A program made the position numbers and the translations under genes. DNA of 35,542 bases from Candidatus Hermodarchaeota archaeon (GTDB lineage Archaea; Asgardarchaeota; Thorarchaeia; Thorarchaeales; Thorarchaeaceae): NCBI GenBank assembly GCA_048885865.1, contig JBHLLF010000026.1:1-35542 (forward strand). Direction: 5' to 3'. The notes beneath the pieces are model-generated. The model had not been told where the DNA came from, ran no database searches, and saw only the letters and a list, made by a program, of their open reading frames with translations. Below are positions 1 to 8,620 of the stretch, piece by piece; the first letter of the stretch is position 1, and each line of letters starts with the position of its first letter.

Positions 1-201
1 CTATTTCATACGCTAGTCGTAGGTGGCGACCCGAATTTGGATGATTGGCTCGAAACTGGACATGCTTCATGTGCAGCGTATGAATACGCCAAGGATGGCT
101 GGACTCTAATCATGCCCCCCGACAATAGTTTCCTAATAGATGGAAGTACTGTACGAGATGCTTTGCCACATGAGGTAAAGGATGCACTTGGGATTCCATA
201 A
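1..201 (+). CDS. 3' end of a hypothetical protein (partial, runs off the left edge)
   Basis: Frame 1 is open from base 1 (LFHTLVVGGDPNLDDWLETG...EVKDALGIP) to TAA at 199-201 and converges on the 270 gene. Confidence 0.65.
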   Translation, partial: LFHTLVVGGDPNLDDWLETGHASCAAYEYAKDGWTLIMPPDNSFLIDGSTVRDALPHEVKDALGIP

Positions 202-212
202 TACATCAATGG

Positions 213-254
213 AAAAAGAAAAGCTCCCGGGCCAAGCGCTTTGCCTGACCCGAG
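213..254 (-). terminator. Hairpin plus U-tract terminator of the large surface-protein gene
   Basis: Minus strand reads CGGGTCAGGC-AAAGC-GCTTGGCCCG (10-bp stem with two G-U pairs), then GGAGCTTTTCTTTTT, starting about 15 nt after the stop at 270. Confidence 0.65.
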
Positions 255-269
255 ATTAGTGTTTTCTAA

Positions 270-3200
270 TTACCTGCGCCGTGCCATTACCAGAACTAGG
301 ACAAGCATTGCCACCATTGCTCCAACCATAATGTATAGCGGAGATATACCACCAGGCGGTAGAGGTGGTGGAGGTGTGGTGGAAGGTGGCGAAGTAGTCG
401 TTGTGCCATTGCCCTGCGTTGACAGGAATGCGCTAGAGTAAGACACGAACACTGGATCAACGATAAGGTCATGTCCTCCCCAGTTCTCATAGCCTGCTGT
501 CATGAAGAGCATTGAAGCCTGGATATTCCAGTTCGTGACACTCATACCTGAATCAGACTCAAACATCACACTGAACGCACCCAGAGGGGCTGTGGATGAA
601 CCAGAGTAATAGGTAGTCGAATAGCCATCCCCACCCCAAAGGTATGGAAGGCCACCCATTGAGACATTGGCAAAGGGGCTATCCTCAGAGCCAAACCGGT
701 AGTAGTCGGCACCTTGACTGTCCTGGTTCGTGTCAGTGACAGGTCTCTCACCAGCGGTGTAGCGGGTTGCAGTGCCAGTGGCCAGAATTCCAAAATAATT
801 CACGGCCAGGCTACGTCCAGCCAAGACACTATTCCCAAAGTCATGGAGTGTCCAGTTCCCAATTGTCTGGTCGATTTTGAACGAAACAGCGTGGTTCCAC
901 GTTTGCGGATCTTCTGCGTCATATTCGACCATATCAACACTGAATGTGACATCGAATGACATCACATCGATGGTTGCGGGAGTTATCCAGTAGTCAAAGC
1001 TGGTCCTATTTAGTCCAATTGCTCCGTCATATGACTCTCGAAAGGCCCATGGGCCTCGCAGCGAGTCCGAGTGCTCAACGCGAAGCGGATAAATTGTCAC
1101 ATCAACATCGCGAATGGTCACGCCAAAATCAATTACCGTGTCTGCCGTGACCCTGATATCGCCAGAGTCATCAATAGAACCAAACGGACGTCTCAGTTCA
1201 ATGCTTCCGATGTCATCTATTAAGACGACATGAGTCACCTCGTCTGTCTTCAATTGCCCGTTCTCAAATGAGAAGTCGGGAGCCGCAGGAGTGGGACCAA
1301 GTCCATCATTGAAGATGAGCAATCCAGCATACTCTGCTTGGAAGTGTGCTAGAGTCTTTTGGTTTTCAGTGATGCTGACCCAGAAGTTCTGAGTTGTACC
1401 CCAAGCAAACCAAGTTGTCTTCCAATGATTTTGTTCAAGTCCGGTGATGCTGCTAAGGTCCACGGTTCTGTTCAATGTCATCCAAGCTACGTAGAGGTAT
1501 CCAGGTTTCGCCTGTGTCATTGAATTGTCTGCCCATACGGTGTCCTGGATGTCAGCCATTTCAGCGGCATTCACAGGCGTCCAGTCATCTGCGTGGTACC
1601 AGTAGAAGGTTTCATTTGCTTCATACCAGAGATTCAGCTGAACAACGCCCATCCAGTTCTCTGACCAGAACTCATCGCCCATTCTACCAGGAGATGGATC
1701 GAAGCCAACACCGACCCACATGCCATCGATGCTCCAGTTGCCCCATTCTTTCCAATAAGCAGTCCTCTTGACGAAATACTGGTCATTGGTGGTGTAGACA
1801 TTCCCATCAATATCGATGGCGCCATCCTCAGTTATGGTCCAAATCTCAGGTTTGTAGACTGGAATGTCACCCAATATCAAGTGACGTGGACTCCAGAAAA
1901 CATCGGCTGAGATATCGACCTGATTATACACATCTGTCCAAGAATTGACGAGGTTGATGTATTGAGCTAAAGTGAGCTCGCCTCCAACCATCCACCATGG
2001 GTAGCCCCATGTACCATTGATGGCATCCCAGATTCTTAGATTGTCAATCACGCCAACCTGTACGCGAGCACTATCGATTATCATGTCGGGGGCTCCAATA
2101 GGCCATTCACCAGCAGCAAAACTGAATTGAACCTTCAGTGTAGTCAAAGATTCTCCAATCTCGATATCATAGCCACTGACAGCGACATGATCGGCTGGGA
2201 TAGGTATAGACCAGAGAAGGCCACCGCCACGCAGAAACATGTTCACCGTGTAGGTTGATTCTGTCGACACAAGGCCGGTCTTGAAGTCGATCTGCATGCT
2301 GTGGACTATATCTACTCTCCAATAATGGGTATCATTCCCATCCATTCCAGTTCCCATGACGTCGATAGTAAGGTCTGACAATTCGCGTGTCAAGTTGAAG
2401 TCTGCCGCTGGTTCACCTTGTTGAAAGATGAAGGAACCATTAATTTCTTCTTTGGGGGCATGGACAATCATGGTGAGGTTCAAGTTGTCACCTTGTTGTG
2501 CAACATCTGCAATTTGACCGGAATCATTGAACACAAATGCCTCAATGAAACCTTTCTGAAACGCTAGTTTCATAGTCTGTTTGTCTTTGACATCGGGTCT
2601 AGCTGTGATTGGCCGACCATTGATGTCAAGAACCATTGAAAGGCTGAGTTCAGGCTCAATTGTGCCTCCTTTGAAGAGGCCTTGATCAAGATCAACTAGG
2701 TCAGTGAAGTATCCACTCCACTGAAGTCTATGGCCACCATCATAAACGCCCATGTATGTGGAATTGGTCACGAAATAGTCTGCCAGGGAGATAGTGGAGT
2801 TCTCGACGCAGTTCAGTAGGGGGAACCATAGACCGACACCACCGCCCAGGTCTACCCAAGTCCAGTTGACATCAAGATACCCTGCGAGGGCATAGATATC
2901 CGTCGAGTTGTACTTGAGGAACATGAACGGATAGAGTTCTACTTCCTGCTTTACCCATGTGACATCCTTGTTAAAGAGCACACTGTCGCTGTCTTGAAGA
3001 CCCTCAGGGAAAGTCCAGTTTGCAGTTATCTTCAAGCTCTCATTGAAGGTGAGTTGAGTGAAGGGAATAAAGACCTCTCCGAACTGCGCAGGTGACATCA
3101 TTCTAATTGTAAATGTATCACCCACATCTACGAAATGTGTAACGGCACCTTGAGGATTGATGATGTCAGCATAGTAGTAGTTAGGAAGTTGGAAGTCTCT

Positions 3201-3881
3201 AGGATCTACAGGCGTGCCGAGGCCTATCGGAGGTGTGATAAATCCGCCACCTTCCAACGCAGATATCCAAGATGGTGAGGCAGGGCGGTTCATTGTATCA
3301 ATGGTCTGCATTCCAGTCCACATGATTGCTGGAACTATCATCAGCTCGTAGGTGATGGCAAAGACCACTCGATAGTGGTCAGTTTCTTCGGAGTACTCAC
3401 AGGAGAGTGAGTCAAGTGTGATGAAGTCTGCAGCTACTGGCTCCTCCGCTACACCTATGTACCGGAAAGCCATGCTGTTCCATCTATCAGAAGTCACATT
3501 GTATTCCAGGCCGAAGTATGGGGCTCGAGGACCTTCCTTTACACCCCAGAACTGGACAGCTTCCAATTCATTTCCTTCTCCTAGGAAGATTTTCGGGACA
3601 GTGATATTGATCAGCAGATCTGTCCCTAAATTAACCAGATAGCTATTATCAGCTATATGCGTGAGGTTGTCAGCGTAACCAACCCAGACTTTGGGTTGCG
3701 GGCCAAATATCCATTCTGAGTGTTCCGCAGAGTTGTCAAATTGCCTTACGTCATCTGCAACCTGCCATGCGACTCGAATAAATGGATCCGTGGGTGTCTG
3801 AGCAGCTACGAAGCCTGCTGTTGCAACAACACTCACAGCGAATACTGAAATAATAGCAAGTGTTGAAATTCGCTTTTTCAT
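270..3881 (-). CDS. Large secreted, C-terminally membrane-anchored cell-surface (S-layer-like) glycoprotein, about 1203 aa
   Basis: Start moved to ATG 3881, which is preceded by GGAAAGGTGA (SD). Signal peptide MKKRISTLAIISVFAVSVVATAGFVAA; acidic, beta-rich body with many NxS/T sequons; Thr/Pro linker (TTTTSPPSTTPPPPLPP), TM helix and RRR tail. Confidence 0.8.
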   Translation of the reverse strand: MKKRISTLAIISVFAVSVVATAGFVAAQTPTDPFIRVAWQVADDVRQFDNSAEHSEWIFGPQPKVWVGYADNLTHIADNSYLVNLGTDLLINITVPKIFLGEGNELEAVQFWGVKEGPRAPYFGLEYNVTSDRWNSMAFRYIGVAEEPVAADFITLDSLSCEYSEETDHYRVVFAITYELMIVPAIMWTGMQTIDTMNRPASPSWISALEGGGFITPPIGLGTPVDPRDFQLPNYYYADIINPQGAVTHFVDVGDTFTIRMMSPAQFGEVFIPFTQLTFNESLKITANWTFPEGLQDSDSVLFNKDVTWVKQEVELYPFMFLKYNSTDIYALAGYLDVNWTWVDLGGGVGLWFPLLNCVENSTISLADYFVTNSTYMGVYDGGHRLQWSGYFTDLVDLDQGLFKGGTIEPELSLSMVLDINGRPITARPDVKDKQTMKLAFQKGFIEAFVFNDSGQIADVAQQGDNLNLTMIVHAPKEEINGSFIFQQGEPAADFNLTRELSDLTIDVMGTGMDGNDTHYWRVDIVHSMQIDFKTGLVSTESTYTVNMFLRGGGLLWSIPIPADHVAVSGYDIEIGESLTTLKVQFSFAAGEWPIGAPDMIIDSARVQVGVIDNLRIWDAINGTWGYPWWMVGGELTLAQYINLVNSWTDVYNQVDISADVFWSPRHLILGDIPVYKPEIWTITEDGAIDIDGNVYTTNDQYFVKRTAYWKEWGNWSIDGMWVGVGFDPSPGRMGDEFWSENWMGVVQLNLWYEANETFYWYHADDWTPVNAAEMADIQDTVWADNSMTQAKPGYLYVAWMTLNRTVDLSSITGLEQNHWKTTWFAWGTTQNFWVSITENQKTLAHFQAEYAGLLIFNDGLGPTPAAPDFSFENGQLKTDEVTHVVLIDDIGSIELRRPFGSIDDSGDIRVTADTVIDFGVTIRDVDVTIYPLRVEHSDSLRGPWAFRESYDGAIGLNRTSFDYWITPATIDVMSFDVTFSVDMVEYDAEDPQTWNHAVSFKIDQTIGNWTLHDFGNSVLAGRSLAVNYFGILATGTATRYTAGERPVTDTNQDSQGADYYRFGSEDSPFANVSMGGLPYLWGGDGYSTTYYSGSSTAPLGAFSVMFESDSGMSVTNWNIQASMLFMTAGYENWGGHDLIVDPVFVSYSSAFLSTQGNGTTTTSPPSTTPPPPLPPGGISPLYIMVGAMVAMLVLVLVMARRR

Positions 3882-4071
3882 TATATTCACCTTTCCAAGA
3901 TCCACCGATTCCATCTCTTGTGACAAGCGGAAGATTCTGATGGCTTGTCATCTCGTCTTGGAAAAGAGATTGTAGGTGGTTTTCTCGTATATGGCGCATT
4001 CATAGAGGTACAATCCTATTGTCCTCTGATGGAAAAAATCGACAAACTGCATTACATCATCCCTCTTAGAG

Positions 4072-4079
4072 TATATTAA
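4072..4079 (-). promoter_or_regulatory. Candidate TATA box for the surface-protein gene
   Basis: TTAATATA on the minus strand in the AT-rich part of the 3882-4104 intergenic region. Confidence 0.4.
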
Positions 4080-4104
4080 GGTATATGGATGAATCATACA
4101 ATGG

Positions 4105-5064
4105 TCAATCGGATAAGACCGCTTCCACTATACCCTCGTTTTCTTCGATGATTGCCTCTCCCCTACTCTCAAGTATTCTCAGGAGGTCATATGTTTCCGC
4201 AAGAGCGAGCACCATTGAGTTTGTATCATAATCACCAAACTGTTTCCGCGATAAATAGTAGAGAGTTCGAGGCTGGGAAGAGAGGAAGCTCCTCATCTGG
4301 CTCAGTTTCATATCATATTCAGACTGCAACTCAGCAACTCTACTTGCGAGGTCTATAATAGGAGCACGATGTCCAGGGAGGGCTGTAAAGCCAGAGAGGG
4401 TTTCCATTCGTCTCAGGGATTTCATATATCTGACCATGGATATCTGTTCGCTGATATCGTAATCGAGACTTGGATTCGAGCTGATAGTGCCAAGGATATG
4501 ATCACCACTGAACACGACTCGAGAGGCTTCGCATACGAAGCAACAAGAGCCTAGTGAATGACCTGGAACCCAAATTGCTTTTAGAGCACCAATACTTGTC
4601 TTGATTGTACTACCTTCCTCCAACAGAAACACATCTGGAACAGACTCTCCGAATCTGAGGAAGTAGCTCTCAAGATATCCAACGGGCATCAACGGACGTT
4701 CATCAGTACGAACCCCTGCCATTTCGATAATGCGAGCATAAGATTGAACACGCTCCTTTATGAAGCCCTCATAGTCCACCACTCTGTTGCTATCTGCCTC
4801 ATGGATGCTTACTCCAGTGGCTGAGTCTCCCTTGTGAGCATTCTCTTGTACAATTGTTCTTGCGAGTCCGGTATGGTCCACATGACCATGGGTCAACAGA
4901 ATACGATCGATATCTTCTGTTGTATATCCAACTCGCAATAGACCTTTGCGAAGTGATGAAAGTGCTTCATCAGTCTTTGGCCCAGTGTCAATCAAGACAA
5001 CAGGATCGCCCTCTATCAGATAGGCGTTCATGGATCCTACAGCGAATGGAGTTGGAATTTCCAA
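4105..5064 (-). CDS. Metallo-beta-lactamase-fold hydrolase
   Basis: LIDTG, THGHVDH, PGHS, SGDH and PGH metal-binding motifs. The true start is probably upstream of 5064 (see findings). Confidence 0.9.
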   Translation of the reverse strand: MEIPTPFAVGSMNAYLIEGDPVVLIDTGPKTDEALSSLRKGLLRVGYTTEDIDRILLTHGHVDHTGLARTIVQENAHKGDSATGVSIHEADSNRVVDYEGFIKERVQSYARIIEMAGVRTDERPLMPVGYLESYFLRFGESVPDVFLLEEGSTIKTSIGALKAIWVPGHSLGSCCFVCEASRVVFSGDHILGTISSNPSLDYDISEQISMVRYMKSLRRMETLSGFTALPGHRAPIIDLASRVAELQSEYDMKLSQMRSFLSSQPRTLYYLSRKQFGDYDTNSMVLALAETYDLLRILESRGEAIIEENEGIVEAVLSD

Positions 5065-5118
5065 CCGATGAATCTCCCTTGGAATCTCTATTGTTATAAC
5101 CCTCCCGACGGCCTGTGT

Positions 5119-7125
5119 CTACAGCTCCTCAAAGTAGACTCGCAATAGTTCTGCCACGTTGCGTGCCCTTGACACACAACCACGATCTCGATGTGGGGAT
5201 GAACCATCAAATAAGCCTGACATGGTGCCTAACGCCCCTCGTCGCACTGCTCCTAGGACTGGTCTGAAGAACTCCTGTTGGACAAACGCGCGTGTGGATT
5301 TCTTTCTCCCCATTACGGTGAGATACGCCGAGATGTAAGGCCCAATCAGCCAAGGATGAACACTACCTTGATGAGTGGCATCTGCTCTGCTTCGAGGACC
5401 GCCTGTGCACGCACGTGCATACCTTGGGTCTTGTGTTGATAGAGTTCTCAATCCATATGGTGTTACGAGTTCATTTGTTACAACCTTAAGAACTGATCTT
5501 GCCATGTCACCTTTGAGCAATGGAAAAGGTAGGCTCAGGGCGAATATTTGATTTGGTCGAATTGACGCATCATTCTCTTCGTCATTGACAACATCATAGA
5601 GGTATCCCTTGTCATCATCATAAAACGTCTGCAGGAAAGCCTCTAGAATCCAAGAAGCGACTGCCTTGAACTCGTAAGGATCACGACCTATTAGCTCAGA
5701 CATGCTAGCCATTGCCATCAACGAGTTGTACCAAAGAGCATTGGTCTCAACACATTTGCCAACTCTTGGCGTTGCAACCCAGTTCCCAATCTTCTCATTC
5801 ATCCAAGACACTTCGATGCCTTCGATTCCTGAGAAGATGAGGCCATCATGATCTTCATGTATATTGTACTTGGTTCCTATTCGAAAAGCCGCAATAATTG
5901 ATTCCATTGTGTCCCAGATGATGCCACGTAGAAATTCAGTATCGTTGGTAGCCTGGATATACTTGTACACACCCATTATATACCAGAGCGACGCATCGAC
6001 GGAGTCATACTGGGGCTGGATTCCTTTGTCAGGGAAGTCATTAGCAACTAGACCATAACGGGAATACCTTGCATAAGTCGTTAGAATCGCCCTTGCATCC
6101 TGAAATCTTCCAATTGACATTGTAAGTCCAGGAAGCGAGATAAGAGCATCAAGACCAATATCAGCCAATTGATGATAGCCAGCAATCACTGACCTCATTC
6201 CGGTTGACGCCCTGTCAACTATGAATGAGTCAGCATTCAGAACAAGCCACTCTATGTCTTCATCGCGCTCCTTTGCTGACATTGAGTAAGCGCGGTCATT
6301 AAGCACTTTCCGCCTCCGTAGTTCTTCGAATCTTAGTTTTGCAAAATCCTTCCGCTCGGCATTTGCCAGGCTACCAAGTTCATCCATCAATTGCTTCCTT
6401 GTTGGGCTAACAGCAAAGAGGAATGACAGAAAATGCTCTCCAGGTTCCAGCACTGTGTGAAAGACACCAGGGATATACATTTGCTCTTGAAACGGCAAAC
6501 CCATGTCTTTCTCTCTTCGATAGACTTGTGTATCGGTTGTTCGTATTCCAGAGGCTACAAATTCCGCATCTGGTGTATACGAAAACATCCATGGGCTGCT
6601 TGGCCGGTCATCAAATGAGAAGAAGGAGTTCTCATTTACGGACTCTGCTTGAGGTGTAAAATCTAGATGAGGGGGCCTTGCATGAAAGTCTCTGCATGTT
6701 TGTATTGGAGTAACTGTAAACACCGTTTCCTCTTCATTCTTCACTTCGTAGTTCACAACAGTGAAGTTTCGTCTATACGCCATGAACATTGTCTTGTCTA
6801 TAGTCACACCATCAGTTGCATACTTCATCTCGGGAAGTGGATTCAACTCAAAACGTTTCAACATCCTGTAGCCTCGATGAACAACTCCATTGATTGTCTG
6901 TTCAGTGGCGAGATTGGCTTCACCTTCAGATGTTGCAACAACTTCGTCAAGACGAGAGAGCGTGAGCCATCTATCAACGGGAGGATTCAGAGAGGACACC
7001 AGAAGACCATGATAGCCCCTAGTATTGAGCCCCGCTATTGTGGAAGAAGCATAGCCACCTATGCCATTCGTATACAGCCATTCGAATGTGACAGCTCTAT
7101 TGAGCTTCAGATCAGATTCATCCAT
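5119..7125 (-). CDS. Archaeal-type glycogen debranching enzyme (amylo-alpha-1,6-glucosidase, GDE_N + GDE_C) homolog, possibly inactive
   Basis: EWLYTNGIGGYASST, TRGYHGLL, DASLWY, TPRVGKCVETNALWYN, IRPNQIFALSL and TPYGLRTLS motifs. ATG 7125 chosen as start. Confidence 0.88.
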   Translation of the reverse strand: MDESDLKLNRAVTFEWLYTNGIGGYASSTIAGLNTRGYHGLLVSSLNPPVDRWLTLSRLDEVVATSEGEANLATEQTINGVVHRGYRMLKRFELNPLPEMKYATDGVTIDKTMFMAYRRNFTVVNYEVKNEEETVFTVTPIQTCRDFHARPPHLDFTPQAESVNENSFFSFDDRPSSPWMFSYTPDAEFVASGIRTTDTQVYRREKDMGLPFQEQMYIPGVFHTVLEPGEHFLSFLFAVSPTRKQLMDELGSLANAERKDFAKLRFEELRRRKVLNDRAYSMSAKERDEDIEWLVLNADSFIVDRASTGMRSVIAGYHQLADIGLDALISLPGLTMSIGRFQDARAILTTYARYSRYGLVANDFPDKGIQPQYDSVDASLWYIMGVYKYIQATNDTEFLRGIIWDTMESIIAAFRIGTKYNIHEDHDGLIFSGIEGIEVSWMNEKIGNWVATPRVGKCVETNALWYNSLMAMASMSELIGRDPYEFKAVASWILEAFLQTFYDDDKGYLYDVVNDEENDASIRPNQIFALSLPFPLLKGDMARSVLKVVTNELVTPYGLRTLSTQDPRYARACTGGPRSRADATHQGSVHPWLIGPYISAYLTVMGRKKSTRAFVQQEFFRPVLGAVRRGALGTMSGLFDGSSPHRDRGCVSRARNVAELLRVYFEEL

Positions 7126-7280
7126 TATTATCAATAGCAGGGTCCTCAATTCAACTAGTTTCTATAGAGTCGAATCGACTAGGCACTATAAGGATTCTGT
7201 GATTATGTGTAAAACACTGCAACAGGTAGCATCATAAGGAACTCGTTGGCTCCTGAAATGCCATAAAGGGGTAGAGCTCA

Positions 7281-8555
7281 ATGCCAGACATTTCTAGTGA
7301 CATCTCGGCTAATGCCGAATCATTAGGAATCAACCAAGTCAGCTCGGACTTTCTTGGACTGAGTAAAAGTCTCTGGCGTCTAGCAATCGTGGTCGGTATC
7401 GCACAGTTTTCCGTTAGCATTTGGAATTGGGAGTTTAGCATCTTTCTCGAAAGATTTCTTGAACCCTGGCAAATGGGCTTGACCTTTTCAACAAGTACAC
7501 TGGCAAGTTTGATTGGTTATTTTCTATCTGGCACAATCGCTGATCGCATAGGTCGCCGCAAAACCATGATGTTAGCATTTTTGCCAGCGATATTTGGAGT
7601 CCTTTCACTGGCGAATTATCCTGTGTGGCCACTCATACCGCTAGAGTATGCTTCTTTCATGTTTGGGTGGAGCTTCATATTAATAATGAGTAGAGCAATA
7701 CCAGCCGATGAGATTGAGAGGACTGGGGGACATAATGCTGCGCGAAGATTTACAATGGTTCTTCTGCCTGCCTTTCTCGTCGATGGCATCAGTCCCGCGA
7801 TTGGAGCTACTTTGCTGAATTTGGGTCTTGTTCCCAGAGACCTTCACATAATGGCAGGCATAGGAGCAATGATTGCCTGCATTGCCACCTATTTCCTCAT
7901 TCAGGAATCCTTAGCAGGAGAGATAATTGAGAGGACAAAGAAAGGTCCACTCATCTCCTTCAGACAATTAGGTTCAAACTTCTGGAAACTAACTATAGGC
8001 ATGTTCGCATTCATCTTCTTCTTCAATTCTGCTCTAGCATACTATGGGAATATCATTGTGAGCGAGTGGGGACTCGATGAAACAACTTTTGGATATGCAT
8101 GGAGCGGGTTCTCCATAGCCATGGTCTTACTTATGCATACTATTAGTGGCTATGTTGACAGAGGCTTGAGGAAGTCCCTATTCGTCGCGGTCCTAGGAAA
8201 TGGGATAATTATCGCAGTTTTCTCATTTGGAAGTGGAGCGTGGACTCTTTTCCTTCTCAATTTCATCTGGGCTGTTCCTGTAGTGATGTGGATAGGTGCT
8301 GAGAGAACCCTAGTCGTTCATGATGTCGATGAGGAGAATAAGGGGAGGGCACTTGGCACGTATCAATTCATCGCGAGTTCTACGAATCTTGTTGCAGCAC
8401 CATTTGGCGCCTATATCTGGACCGTTACCGGAAGCCTTAGGACTCTCTGGATGATCTCAGGCATTGGTGGCATCTTTGCAGCTATGCTTCTTGGTGCAGC
8501 CTTGAAGTCTATGACGTCAGAGAGAAAGGCGAACATTATCGCTGACTCGGAATAG
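7281..8555 (+). CDS. MFS transporter (paralog 1)
   Basis: About 12 TM segments; MFS motif A GTIADRIGRRKT; C-terminal-half KGRALGTY. Confidence 0.9.
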   Translation: MPDISSDISANAESLGINQVSSDFLGLSKSLWRLAIVVGIAQFSVSIWNWEFSIFLERFLEPWQMGLTFSTSTLASLIGYFLSGTIADRIGRRKTMMLAFLPAIFGVLSLANYPVWPLIPLEYASFMFGWSFILIMSRAIPADEIERTGGHNAARRFTMVLLPAFLVDGISPAIGATLLNLGLVPRDLHIMAGIGAMIACIATYFLIQESLAGEIIERTKKGPLISFRQLGSNFWKLTIGMFAFIFFFNSALAYYGNIIVSEWGLDETTFGYAWSGFSIAMVLLMHTISGYVDRGLRKSLFVAVLGNGIIIAVFSFGSGAWTLFLLNFIWAVPVVMWIGAERTLVVHDVDEENKGRALGTYQFIASSTNLVAAPFGAYIWTVTGSLRTLWMISGIGGIFAAMLLGAALKSMTSERKANIIADSE

Positions 8556-8620
8556 CCGAGGAATCTTCTTATCTCGGTTCACTGCGAATAGAGAGCATAA
8601 GCAGGTAGCGGGGAACAGGT

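Noticed and set aside
350-405. GGT/GGA-rich low-complexity tract
   Set aside because: It encodes the Thr/Pro linker of the surface protein and is not an independent DNA repeat.
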